Source: Azolla caroliniana (Eukaryota; Plantae; Polypodiophyta). Taken from it: a DNA stretch of 64,000 nucleotides. The DNA lies in contig JBHGNT010000011.1 in NCBI GenBank assembly GCA_043228905.1, positions 17,174,001 through 17,238,000 of the forward strand, read 5' to 3'. Each line of letters begins with the position of its first letter. Position 1 is the stretch's first letter. The notes under the pieces were generated by a model, which ran no database searches, was not told the DNA's origin, and saw only the letters and a list, made by a program, of their open reading frames with translations. This document shows positions 47,107 through 59,300 of the stretch, piece after piece. The position numbers and the translations under genes are program-made.

Positions 47107-50100
47107 TGTTGGAATTACGGTCCCTTCGGATGGGATGGTCGGATGTCAATGCCGACGAGCCCGGTTTCGGTTTCGGATCCGGATGACGAAGACCCCGGCT
47201 TCGGTGCCGGATGACGGATGTACCCGGAGAGCGATCCGGATGCAGGGACATATCCGTGAATATGTTCGCTATGGGCCCCTGAGGCTATAGTCGTAAATAG
47301 CCCAAAGTCATATAAGTATAAATATGACTTAGGGCAAACAGTTTTACTATTGCTACTTATTTTTCTGTTTTTCCACTCAAGAGGAGTGAAGAGAGAGCAG
47401 CCGTGAGAGAGAGAGAGAGATAGAGCGCGAGAGAGGAAGAGGTAGACGCCTCTGTGTATTTCCGCCGCCTGTGGCGAGGACAACGAGCTCAAGGTCGTCG
47501 CCTTGCAGCTCGTCATTGTATACTTCTCTTTGTATAGTGTTGTTTGGAGCCTAGTACTCCCGTGGTTTTTCCCATCTAGGGTTTTCCACGTTAATCCCTG
47601 TGTACTCGTGTGTTTCTCTCTTTGGTTCCTATTTTCTGCTCCATTGATCCGCGATTAATCGGTTGTGGCCGAGCGGAGAAGGTGAATAGAAGAGTCGATT
47701 CTCAACAAACTGGTATCAGAGCGAACTGCTGCAGAAAATGGAAGGCGGCGGCAGCGGGCAGCCGGGGATGATGGTGCTAAATGCACAAAATTACGCCGAC
47801 TGGAAGATCAAGATGGAGGATCTTCTGATTGTTCGGGACCTGTACGAACCGATTGACAGGTCGGAAATACCGAAAGGGGTACTTGAGTCGGAGTGGAAGC
47901 TCCTGAACCGGAAAGCCGTAGCGACGATCCGACAATATGTCGATGTAAGCGTACTACAACATGTTGCAAACGACACCAACGCATATGAGATGTGGAAGAA
48001 GCTGTCGGGCCTCTACGAGAGGAAGAATGCGTTGAACCGGACCTCCCTGATGAGGAAGATAGTGAATCTCAAGTACCGGGACGGCGAGAGTATGGTGGAA
48101 CACGTAAGCACGTTCATGGGATTCATGAACCAGCTTGCGGCGATCAAGTTCCCGTTGGAGGATGCAATGCAAGCCATCATCCTTATGTGTACATTGCCGG
48201 AAAGCTGGGAGAACTTGGTGGTGACTCTCAGCACCTCGTGCAGCGAAGATAACTTGTCCTTACAAACGGTAAAGACAAGTATTTTGAACGAAGAAGCGCG
48301 TCGGAGAGATAAAGAACCGGCCTCCGACACGAAGGCGCTGCTTACCGAATCGGATCGGGGAAGACAATGGAACCGGAGTCCGCAAAGACGGGAGAAGTCG
48401 GGGACCCGGTCGCAGTCAAGAGGAAGGCCTACATGCTTCCACTGTGGGAAGCCGGGGCACTTCCGAAAGAATTGTCGGCATTACCGAAAAGACAACGGAG
48501 CCGACGACACCGATTCGAAGAAGTCACCGGAGAGAAACGGTGCATACCGGGGAGCCACGGACCGGAGAGGTTCGGATCGGCGAGGGCAGGACCAGAAAGG
48601 AACAACGGCACTCGCGGCAAGTGAGGAAGAAATCATGCTCATCACCGAAGAAGGTGAACTAAACATTGCCGGCGATGAGACGACCTGGGTGGTCGATTCC
48701 GGAGCATCGTTCCACCTGACCCCGGAGAGAAGATACTTCTCATCCTACACAGCCGGTGAGCATGGCTGTGTTCGGATGGGAAATGAAGGTACGTGCCGGA
48801 TTGCCGGCATCGGAGACGTGTGGTTGACAACCCCGACCGGATGCAAAATGCTGCTAAAGGATGTCCGACACGTTCCGGAGGTCCGATTGAACCTGATCTC
48901 GGCCGGGAGGCTAGACGATGAAGGCTACACGGGTAGCATCCGGAACGGTGTCATGAAGTTCAGCAAAGGGAGCCTGATAGTGGCTCGGGCCCGGAAGGTC
49001 AACACACTGTACCTGATGAATTCCCGGCTATGTCCGGAGGAGCTGAACGTGGCAGCCGACACTGCCAGTGAGCTGTGGCACAAGAGACTGTGCCACATGA
49101 GTGAGAAGGGGATGAAGAGGCTTGCAGAAGACAACCTTATTCCAGTGAAGCAAGTGCACCTGGAGAAGTGCACCGACTGCCTGGCCGGTAAGCAGAACCG
49201 AGCCTCCTTCCACTCAAGGCCACCGACGAGACGTAGCGCACCATTGGAGTTGGTGCACACTGATGTGTGTCAGGTAGAAACAAAGTCACATGGCGGAGCC
49301 CAGTACTTCGTAACGTTCATCGATGATTACAGTCGGAAGCTGTGGACGGCACCGTTGAAGACAAAGGACCAAGTGTTGTGCGTCTTCAAAGAACTTCACG
49401 CGAGAGTGGAAAGGGAATCCGGCAAGAAGCTGAAAGCGATACGAGCGGATAACGGAGGGAAATACCGGGGGCAGTTCCAGGAGTACTGTCGCTCGAAGGG
49501 AATCCGACTCGAGTTTATTGTGCCGAAGACGCCGGAACTGAACGGGCTGGCCGAGAGGATGAACCGGACCATAATGGAGAGGGTCCGGAGTATGCTGGCG
49601 CATGCGATATTACCCAAGGGATTTTGGGCTGAGGCAATGTCGACGGCGACGTAGGTGATAAATAGATCACCCTCAGTACCTTTGGACGGAGACACGCCGC
49701 AGAGAGTGTGGACCGGTAAGGAAGTGTCCTACCGGCATCTGAAGGTGTTCGGGTGTCTCGCATACGTACATGTGGCAAAGGACCGGAGAGGAAAGCTAGA
49801 TCCGAAGACCCGGCCATGCATATTCCTCGGTTACGGCGACGATGAGTTCGGCTACCGAGTATGGGACCCGGTCGACAAGAAGATATTCAGGAGTCGAGAC
49901 ATCATCTTCATGGAGGACAAGACACTCGCCGACTGGGAGTCGGAGAAGAAGATGAAGAGCTCCAAGTCGACCGGTGAGGATCAACTCTACGAGGAGCAGT
50001 CCCAACCGGCAAGGGACCGGTTAGCACTCGAGGATCTGGCCGAAGACGGTGAAGAAACCGAACCGGCCGAAGAAGACGAAAATGATACCGGAACCAGCCC

Positions 50101-52422
50101 CGATCCCGAAATGGATTCGGATGAAGAAGAATCGGAAGAACCGGTTACCGAAGCTCCCGAACGGAGATATCCTCTAAGAGAGAGGAGGGCCCCCCGGAGA
50201 TTTCCGGATCCAGAGCACGTGCTGCTAACCGACGAGGGGGAGCCGGAGAGCTTTGAAGAAGCAAAGCACGACACCGAGAGCCGTAGGTGGTTGAGTGCCA
50301 TGCAGGACGAGATGGATTCCCTGCGTGAGAACCACACATATGAACTTGTGGAGTTGCCGAAAGGAAAGCGGGCACTTCGAAACAAGTGGGTGTTCAAGCT
50401 GAAACCAGGAGATGCCGGAAACCCCCCGAGATACAAAGCCAGGATCGTGGTGAAGGGGTTTCAGCAGAAGAAGGGCGTCGACTTCGACGAGATATTTGCC
50501 CCGGTAGTGAAGATGACCTCCATCCGGACGGTGCTGAGCATAGCGGCAAGCATGGACCTCGAGGTAGAACAGATGGACGTGAAGACGGCATTCCTTCACG
50601 GTGACCTCGATGAAGAGATCTACATGCAGCAACCGGAAGGATTCGAGAAGAAAGGGAAGGAGCACCTGGTATGCCGGTTGAAGAAGAGCCTTTACGGACT
50701 GAAGCAGGCTCCCCGGCAATGGTACCGGAAATTCGACTCCTTCATGACCGACGAAGGGTACCTCAAAACGCAGTCCGACCACTGCGTGTTTGTGAAGAAG
50801 TTCGAAGGAGGAGACCTTCTAATACTCCTCCTGTACGTGGACGACATGTTGATCGTCGGACGGGACCAGGTCAAGATTCGGATGCTGAAGAAGGCTCTTC
50901 ACCGAACCTTCTCAATGAAGGACCTGGGTCCGGCGAGACAAATACTAGGGATGCATATCATCCGGGACCGGAAGAAGAAGCAGTTGTGGCTGTCACAGGA
51001 GAAGTACGTGACGAAGGTGCTTCACCGGTTCAACATGTTGGAAGCAAGACCGGTCGGATCGACCCTCCCGGCAAACTGCAAGCTGTCCAGCAAGCAAAGT
51101 CCCAAGACAAAGGCTGAAAAGGAGGATATGATGAAAGTGCCATATGCCTCTGCCGTCGGGAGCTTGATGTACGCGATGGTGTGTACCCGACCGGACATAG
51201 GATATGCAGTCGGAGTGGTGAGCCGGTACATGAGCAATCCCGGCAAAGAGCATTGGAACGCGGCCAAGTGGATACTCCGATACCTGAAGGGCACGGCAAA
51301 CGTGTGCCTCCGATTCGGCTCCGGGAAGCCCGAACTCGACGGCTTCACCGATTCGGATATGTCGGCTGATGCAGATACCAGCCGGTCCACATCAGGGTAT
51401 GTGATGACGTATGCAGGGGGAGCTGTTTCATGGCAGTCGAGGCTGCAGAAGACGGTTGCGTTGTCAACCACGGAGGCGGAGTACATGGCGGCTGTTGAAG
51501 CTGGCAAGGAAATAATATGGATGAAGGACTTCATCAGAGAGCTCGGAATCCAGCAGGAGGAGTACCGACTCTACTGCGACAGTCAGAGTGCAATCCACCT
51601 TGCGAAGAACGCGGCCTATCACTCCCGGACGAAGCACATCCAGCGAAGATATCACTGGATCCGGGAAAGGATAGAAGACAAGGAGTTCGTGCTGACAAAG
51701 ATCCACACGGACGAGAACGGGTCGGATATGCTAACCAAGGTCCTCATACCCGACAAGCTGGAAGCATGCCGGAAGAGGATCGGATTGGAAAGACATCCCA
51801 TGCCGAAGTGAAGGGGGAGTTTGTTGGAATTACGGTCCCTTCGGATGGGATGGTCGGATGTCAATGCCGACGAGCCCGGTTTCGGTTTCGGATCCGGATG
51901 ACGAAGACCCCGGCTTCGGTGCCGGATGACGGATGTACCCGGAGAGCGATCCGGATGCAGGGACATATCCGTGAATATGTTCGCTATGGGCCCCTGAGGC
52001 TATAGTCGTAAATAGCCCAAAGTCATATAAGTATAAATATGACTTAGGGCAAACAGTTTTACTGTTGCTACTTATTTTTCTGTTTTTCCACTCAAGAGGA
52101 GTGAAGAGAGAGCAGCCGTGAGAGAGAGAGAGAGATAGAGCGCGAGAGAGGAAGAGGTAGACGCCTCTGTGTATTTCCGCCGCCTGTGGCGAGGACAGCG
52201 AGCTCAAGGTCGTCGCCTTGCAGCTCGTCATTGTATACTTCTCTTTGTATAGTGTTGTTTGGAGCCTAGTACTCCCGTGGTTTTTCCCATCTAGGGTTTT
52301 CCACGTTAATCCCTGTGTACTCGTGTGTTTCTCTCTTTGGTTCCTATTTTCTGCTCCATTGATCCGCGATTAATCGGTTGTGGCCGAGCGGAGAAGGTGA
52401 ATAGAAGAGTTGATTCTCAACA
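47107..52422 (+). mobile_element. Copia-3: sister of Copia-2, nested in A1; TSD GTACC
   Basis: 601-bp LTRs at 47107-47707 and 51822-52422 (3 differences seen). PBS-Met at 47711-47722. Confidence 0.97.
47738..51811 (+). pseudogene. Copia-3 Gag-Pol with a single in-frame TAG at 49652-49654
   Basis: The two ORFs are in the same frame. Copia-2 has TAT (Tyr) at the homologous codon. Confidence 0.93.
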
Positions 52423-55400
52423 GTACCCCGAACGGGCGTCCGCAAATCATTACGGGATGGAAACACCACGTCTTATCCGGAGACGCAGGCAGCCGGCAAC
52501 GAGCGCCGGTGTGAGACCTGGAGAGATGGGAGATGGAGGCGGGTACGCGAGAAGGAGAGCAACGACGAGTTCGGGAGAAGTACAAAGGATGAAGAGGAGA
52601 ACAAAGACCGGTCCTATGGAGATCCTCACACCGATAACCATTCCAAGAGGGAGGAAGAGGAGGCCTCAGAAGAGGCCGGGAACACGATACGTTAGTACCA
52701 CGAGAGAGGGTGTGGAGCGAGCCACCCTCTCGGCTTGCGAAAGAAGGAAGACCCAGGATAAGGGTGGAGGATCCTTCACACCGGATCTGGAGAGTCTGGC
52801 GGTCGGCCCGAGAGCCAGCGTGAGACCTAGAGTGACGATCGGTGGCAGCGAGGGGATGCAGGCAAAGAACTACGGGCGGGCAAACCGAGGTCCCACGAAG
52901 ATCCTCACACCGACCCGACGTTCGGCCCGAGAGCCGGTGTGAGTCCTATAGGAAAGAACGGTAGCGGCAGGTGAACGTGTTCGGACGACGGAAAGCAGAG
53001 AAGGAAGGTATCAGGCCGGCGAAGCGGCTACTAACCGAATCGAACCGACCGGCAAGGTCACGGGCATAAGGAAGTCCGGTCCTACGGGATCCCCACACCG
53101 AACCAGAGACTCCGGCAGTTCGGCCAACGTGACAACATGAGACCGAGAGAGAAGGTTGGTGGCGACGGGAAATGGGACCTGGCAACACGAAGGCAGGACC
53201 CGGCTACGCGGAAGACACGAGGAGAATCGCGAAGGACTCCGACAGAAGACACCCGAATTTCGGCAAGCAGAGAAACGGAGTCCGGTCCTATGGGACCCTC
53301 ACACCGATTCGGAGACTCCGGCAGCCGGCTAACGAGAGTCAGCGTGAGACCTAGGGAGAAGGATGGTGGCGGCAAGGAACGGGACCCGTCGACACGAGAT
53401 AGCGGATCGGGAGTCAGTAAGACGGGGGGGCGGACGAAGTGCGAAACCTTTACAGGCCGGTTACGGTTTCGGAAGGAGCCGGTAGGTGCAAACACGGGGA
53501 GGTGTGTCGGGCCGGAAAGGCACACCTGGGACGGAACAAGAGTCTTGCAAGTGGCCATCGTGGGTCGGATCGAAGCGTGACTACGGGACGGTGTTCGGCA
53601 CGGGCGGTGCCGAACAAAGGAAGCGGAAGACGGCACAAGGGAGGTGTCGGGAACGAGGTGACGGGTGTATAGTGGACTGCACAGTCAGGGGATGACAAGG
53701 GAGTCCGGAGGAGGATCCTCCACACCCGCTTCGTAGATCTCGTCAAGACAGTCAGAGTAACGAAGACTGACACGGCAAGCCCGGGATGACAAGCTGGTGG
53801 GGGCGAGGGGACAACGGCAAGCGGAAGACTCAAGACCTGTTGCAGCAGCGCAAGACGGAAAGGGCCAAGCAGACTACTATGGGGTGTTCCTCAGATGCGG
53901 AGGAAACCGGTATGCGGATGAGCGACGATGCATGATCTGGCTGGGAAAGGGGCCGACAAGGTGTGCAAAGAACCGGAGTGCGGCACAGGCAGTGCCGAAC
54001 AACGGACGAGGATATGCGGCACACGGAGGTGTCGGAGCGGAAAGGCGAGTGCGAAGAATGGGTTGCACGGTTCGGAGGTCGCGCGAAGAAGATTGGAGAA
54101 GGATCCTCCACACCGTCCCGAAGACCTTGGCAATCCGAGCCGACATTGCGACGTAAGACCAAGGAGAAGGAAGGTGGCGGCAAGGGGATGAAGGCAACAC
54201 GAAACAACATGGCACGGCAATCAGGACAACACGAATGGTCGACGAAGGACGAGCGGGCCACTACGGGTGTTCCTCAAGCGGAGGACATCGGGCATACGGT
54301 GGAGAGTAGGGCATGCATACGGCCGAACAAGGGCCAGCGAAAGTATGCGTACTACGGAGATCGCGGCGAAGGACCCATCGACGGGTGGAACGATCCTACG
54401 GGGAGGTAAGCGCGAAGGAAGAACCGAAGCCGACGATTCAAACCAGCAACGAGCCGGGATGTGGATTACGGTTGACCGGTTTCTCACCAGCCGAAATATC
54501 TCACCCTTCATCGGATTTGGCACGTACCAGTGGACGTGCGGTTTGGTGGGGGCGGATGTCGTGAAGAATTTCGGCCAGAGGCGGAAACCGGGAAATATTG
54601 GCTACATCGGCAGGGTGCAGCATGTGCGCTCACCCTTGTACATTTAGGGTGAATAACGAGGGCGCCTTTATGGTGCCGAAGAATAGTCAACTCGGGATAG
54701 AGAATCCCATGTAAGTCGGGATTTATCCCACATTATAACGCATCGCCCACATTGTTCTATAAAAGGAAGGGAGCGCCTCTTGTGAAGGGGTTGCCCATTT
54801 TTGCATTCGTAGGGTATACCGTTAGGGGAAGAAACATTCTCTCTTCCTCTTTCTTTCCCCTTGTTTACGGTTTCGTTTCTTTTCTCTACTTCTTCCTCTT
54901 CGTTGTTCTGAGTATCGAACCTTGGCATCTCGTGTTCCTGTTTCCTGCCTGTTCTCTGTGCAAGACCCCGCTCGGCACAACAAGCCCGAGAGCTCCCCCC
55001 CCGACCGGCGGCTTGGCAGTAGACGACTGTTGTAACTTGAGCTACTTAGGTCGGGCTCGATACCAGTATTGTATCTTAGTCTTGTAATAAATGCATGGAG
55101 GGTTCTGCGGACCGGTGTTGTGTGGGTGTTTTGGTGTTCTGTTACCTCCGTTTCTGTACATAAGGGCGTGAGTTGGGTCGGTGGTGGTGTGTGTGTGTGT
55201 GGGTGTGAGTCGGTGTCAAGCGCGCACTCTCTCTCTTTTTCTCTCCCGTTCGGTTGCTTCTGGAACGCGTCCAGAATCGTCTTCTCGGCTTCCCTTCTTC
55301 CCTCGTCCGAGACCCCCGTGGTCCCGCCCTTCTACATGCACGCGCGAAGCTTCGCGACACCGTGTCGGCCGCCTTCCCTTTGGTTGCCTAAGAAACCAAC

Positions 55401-56365
55401 AGCTGCTGCCGTTTTCAGGGTGCCTTCGGTTGTTCTTCCCCGCTTCGTGGTCTTGACGGGCTCGATAGGTGGCGCCAATAGGGTGAGCCATTGCGCCACT
55501 GCCGTCCATATCTTCTGACCCTCCTTGCCTCTGATAGAGTCAATAGCCGCACAGAGGCCATCTGCAATCAGTACCGGCCAGTCCACCTTCTCGCCTTCAT
55601 ATGTTGTTATGATTAAGCCGGCCCGATTCTAAGGCATGCACGAGGGTCGAGGGTATACATGTCCAAATTCATGGAGCACCAGGGCAATCTCTCAAAAGAG
55701 TGGATCTTCGCCGCCCTGTGTCCGATAGGCCTTGCTGGCCAAAGAGTATTCCCCAAAATCTTTTCGGAGCTGCTCCGGGGTAGGGTTGTCGATAGTGAAG
55801 ATGCCCCCTTCTGGAAGGCCAATCAACACATGGATGGTGTCCTCCGTGTCGATTTCCTTGACTATCTTCTCTGCCTCCCGGTGCGGTGGCGCCTCCATGA
55901 TTGTGAGGAACCCTTCTAACCCGTGTTGCCTTAGCCACTTCTTGGCTGCTTCAAAGAGTGCTTGGCAGTCCATGGCTTCTTCGAGGTCGGTGAGCGCTGG
56001 TGAGGGGTGTGTTCGAGGGGGCTCTGTGTGCGTGGGCTCGCGTCTACTGATCTTCAATCGCCTGTCTGTGTTTGTGCTCCTTTGTTCGTGTAATGTGAAG
56101 GTTTCTATGTGGTGGGGGTTTTCTTGTTGCATGTTGGCACCTGTTTTTTTCTTACCTGCGCGTGTGCACGTCGTGTACTAAAATAGAATGTTGTGCCATG
56201 TGGCGGCGGTTTAATACCCTATTAATAGCCCACTTCGTACCTTTGCAAAGTGCCTGTTCACTCCTTGTTCTTGCATGTGTCTGTTCACCCCTCGCCCTTG
56301 CATGATTTACTTTGATTTTTATTTTTTTATTTTTTTATTTTTTTTAAAAGATAAAAATGGTTTTG

Positions 56366-59300
56366 TTAATGCGCATCCGGTCCCACTGGACCCCTATCCG
56401 GATTGTGGAACTTGCCGGCCATTGGACTACTTGCCGTTGCGTCGTTGTTGTCGTTTGTCGACTCGTGCTCCCTCTTGCCGATGGCTAAACGTGTTGCCGT
56501 CTCTTCCAACTTACCGATGTTCGGTTCTGTGTCAGCCTTTACTTGTTCAAATGGGTTTCTTAGCATGGGTCCCTTGTATGGTTTGAGTCGGAACCCATTG
56601 ACCCATTTACCTAGAACCTCGCCGGCGAGTGTCCCTAATTGGTAGGAACCGTTGAACTCACGCGTTGTCGCGTTGTTACGCGCGTGCGTGGAGAAAGGCG
56701 GGACCACGGGGGTCTTGGACTAGATAGCGATGGAGCGTAGGAAGTCGTGCTTCACTGTTTCTGGGGCATCCCAAAAACACACCGGAAGCAACCGAAGGGA
56801 GAGAGAGAGATTAACACCGACTCACGCACACACACAGCCACACACTCGTACACACAGCTCAACTCGACTCGCGCCTTATGTACAGAAAACGCAGGAGAGG
56901 GTAAGCACCTGACGCCAACAGCGACGCGAATATACACAGACAAACGTAAACGTATATGTATGTATATATATGAAGAATACATTCCCGGCTTCGAGCCGGA
57001 CCAAGATAGCTTACAACAGTCGTCAGCTGTCAAGCCGCCGTCGGGGAGCTCTCGGGCTCGTCGCGCCGAGCGGGGTCTTGCACAAGAGATGAGCTGCAGC
57101 AAACCCTAAGCGAACACGAAGGAGAAGAAGAAGCTAACTCTAATCCTAACGGTATACCCTCTAATGCAAAATGGGCAACCCTTTCACAAAGGGCGTTCCC
57201 TTCCTTTTATAGAACAAGGAAAGGGATGCTTTACAATGTGGGACAAATCCCGCCTTACATGGGATCGTCTGCCCCGACTTGACTACTCTTCGGCGCCATA
57301 AAGGCGCCCTCGATATTCACACTAAATGTACATGGGTGCGTACACACGCTGCACCCCGCCGATGTAGCCAATGTTTCCCGGTTTCTGCCTCTGGCCAAAA
57401 TTCTTCACGACAACGTAATCCAGTATGGTCCGGTCCACCGAAACCGTAGCTTTCCCGACATCTTACCCATCCGGGTCTGGAATACTAGTACCGGCTTAAC
57501 CATTCCGAACATCTTTTCGTTCCCTTTCCGGTGACAATCCACGAACGCCTTCCTTCGCCGTTGCTCTAGTTCTAGGTGCATGACGTTGGCTAGCCGGTGT
57601 TCTTCCAATTCGCACAGCGCGGCTAACCGGATAGCTTTTGATTCCTTCTCATTTAGGCGTTCACTGCTTCCAATCTATATTCGTAAACTCGGTACCTGGA
57701 ACTCTACCGGCATCACTGCCTCCAATCTAAATGCTAAGCGAAACGGTGTTGTGCAGATACTTGTCTTATATGCCGTTCGGTAGGCCCAGAGTGCACTGTG
57801 TAGCTTTGTATCCCAATTCGTCCGGTTCTCATTGACGATTTTTCCCAGGATGTTCTGTAGTGTTTTATTTGTTGACTCAACTAATCTGTTGGCTTGCGGA
57901 TAATAGGGAGTGCTCCGTTTGTGTACCACCGCATAAAATGTCGTCAAACTTTCCACTACTTGCCCTAAGAAGTGCCCACCTTGGTCACTTATGAGCTCTA
58001 TCGGACATCCATACCAGCACCAGATGCATTCATATAAAATTTTTGCCGTGGATGCCGCGGTGTTGTCACGTAGTGCTTTGGCTTCCACCCATTTTGTGCA
58101 GTAATCCGTAGCAACGATCACGTACCGGTTGCCAGTTCTCATTGCCAGTGGTTTGAATGGACCGACAAAATCTAGCCCCCATTTCTGAAATGTTTCTAAC
58201 GGTAGCACGGGCTGGTGAGGCATTCTGGCTTGTTCGGTTGTTTGGCCCATTCGTTGACATAGGTCGCATTCTTTAGCGTACCGGGCTGCATCCTTCAATG
58301 TTGTCGGCCACCATAGTCCACTTTGCCATATTTTCCTTGCCGTAGAGTCTCCAGCATAATGTCCTCCATCCACGCTGCAATGTGCTTCGCGCAATATTAT
58401 TTCCTTTTCGTCGATGCGCACTGCACGCCGCCATATGCCATCTGCGCCTTTGTGGTACAGTGTGTCCTGTAATAGACAGAAGTGCCGGCTTTGAACCGCT
58501 AAGTGTTTCCTTTCGTCTCTGTTCATCTCCTCCGGAGGTAAGCCGCTGCTTAGAAATTGGTGCATGTTGGTGAGCCACTTGTCTTCCTCTGGGACCGTAC
58601 TATCCATTGTCGTTTCTGTTGTGACTCTAAACAGCTCTGCATCTGGAAAGTCGTCTGGGACTCCATCACCAGTTTCGCCGGAATCTAACCGGCTTAAATA
58701 GTTTGCTACCGCATGTTGTATGCCGGGTCGGTGGAATATCTCGAACTCGAATTCTTGTAATAGTAACGTCCATCAAGCCAGCTTACCGGTGAGTGATGCT
58801 TTGGACACCAAGTAGAGGAGCGCCGAATGATCTACGTGAAAGGAAAATTTCCTTCCCAACAGATAGTGTGTAAACTTGATGACACTGTAGATCATACCCA
58901 AAGCCTCCCTTTTCGTTGTGGAATGATTACGTTCCGCTTGGGACAGCTTTCGGCTGGCATAATATATTGGCCGGTACCATTTCGGTTCTATCAGTTGCAT
59001 CAGCGCGCTCCCGATTGCGATGTCGGACGCGTCAACGAACACATGGAACTCTTTAGACCAATCCGGAGGTTGCACCACCGACGCTTATGACAACAGTACT
59101 TTTAGTGCCTGGTAAGCCTGGTCTTCTGTGTCCGTCCATCGGAACGGTGTCTGATGTACTGCAGCACGCAGTGGTGTAGCCAGGTCTGCCAAATACCGGA
59201 GCATTCGGCTATGCCACCGAATTTGTCCTAAGAACCGACTTAGTGCATTTGTCGTGGTTGGTGCCGGTGCCTCCAAGATTGCTTTTACTTTGTCTGAATC

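Larger units (their letters stand above)
34440..55359 (+). mobile_element. Element A1: non-autonomous gag-only LTR element; 4-bp TSD CCGT
   Basis: 5' LTR 34440-35226 + 44484-44503, 3' LTR 54557-55359. PBS-Trp at 44508-44525, PPT GGTGGGGGCGGA. CCGT at 34436-34439 and 55360-55363. Confidence 0.9.
32215..56132 (-). pseudogene. Gypsy-D 3' extra (env-position) ORF, split by A1: 56132-55360 + 34439-~32215
   Basis: Same-frame segments 33651-34151, 32952-33644 and 32424-32948 are separated only by TAG/TAA at probable Gln codons. VDWPVLIA motif, long E/K/Q/R coiled coil, poly-Q tail. Confidence 0.75.
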
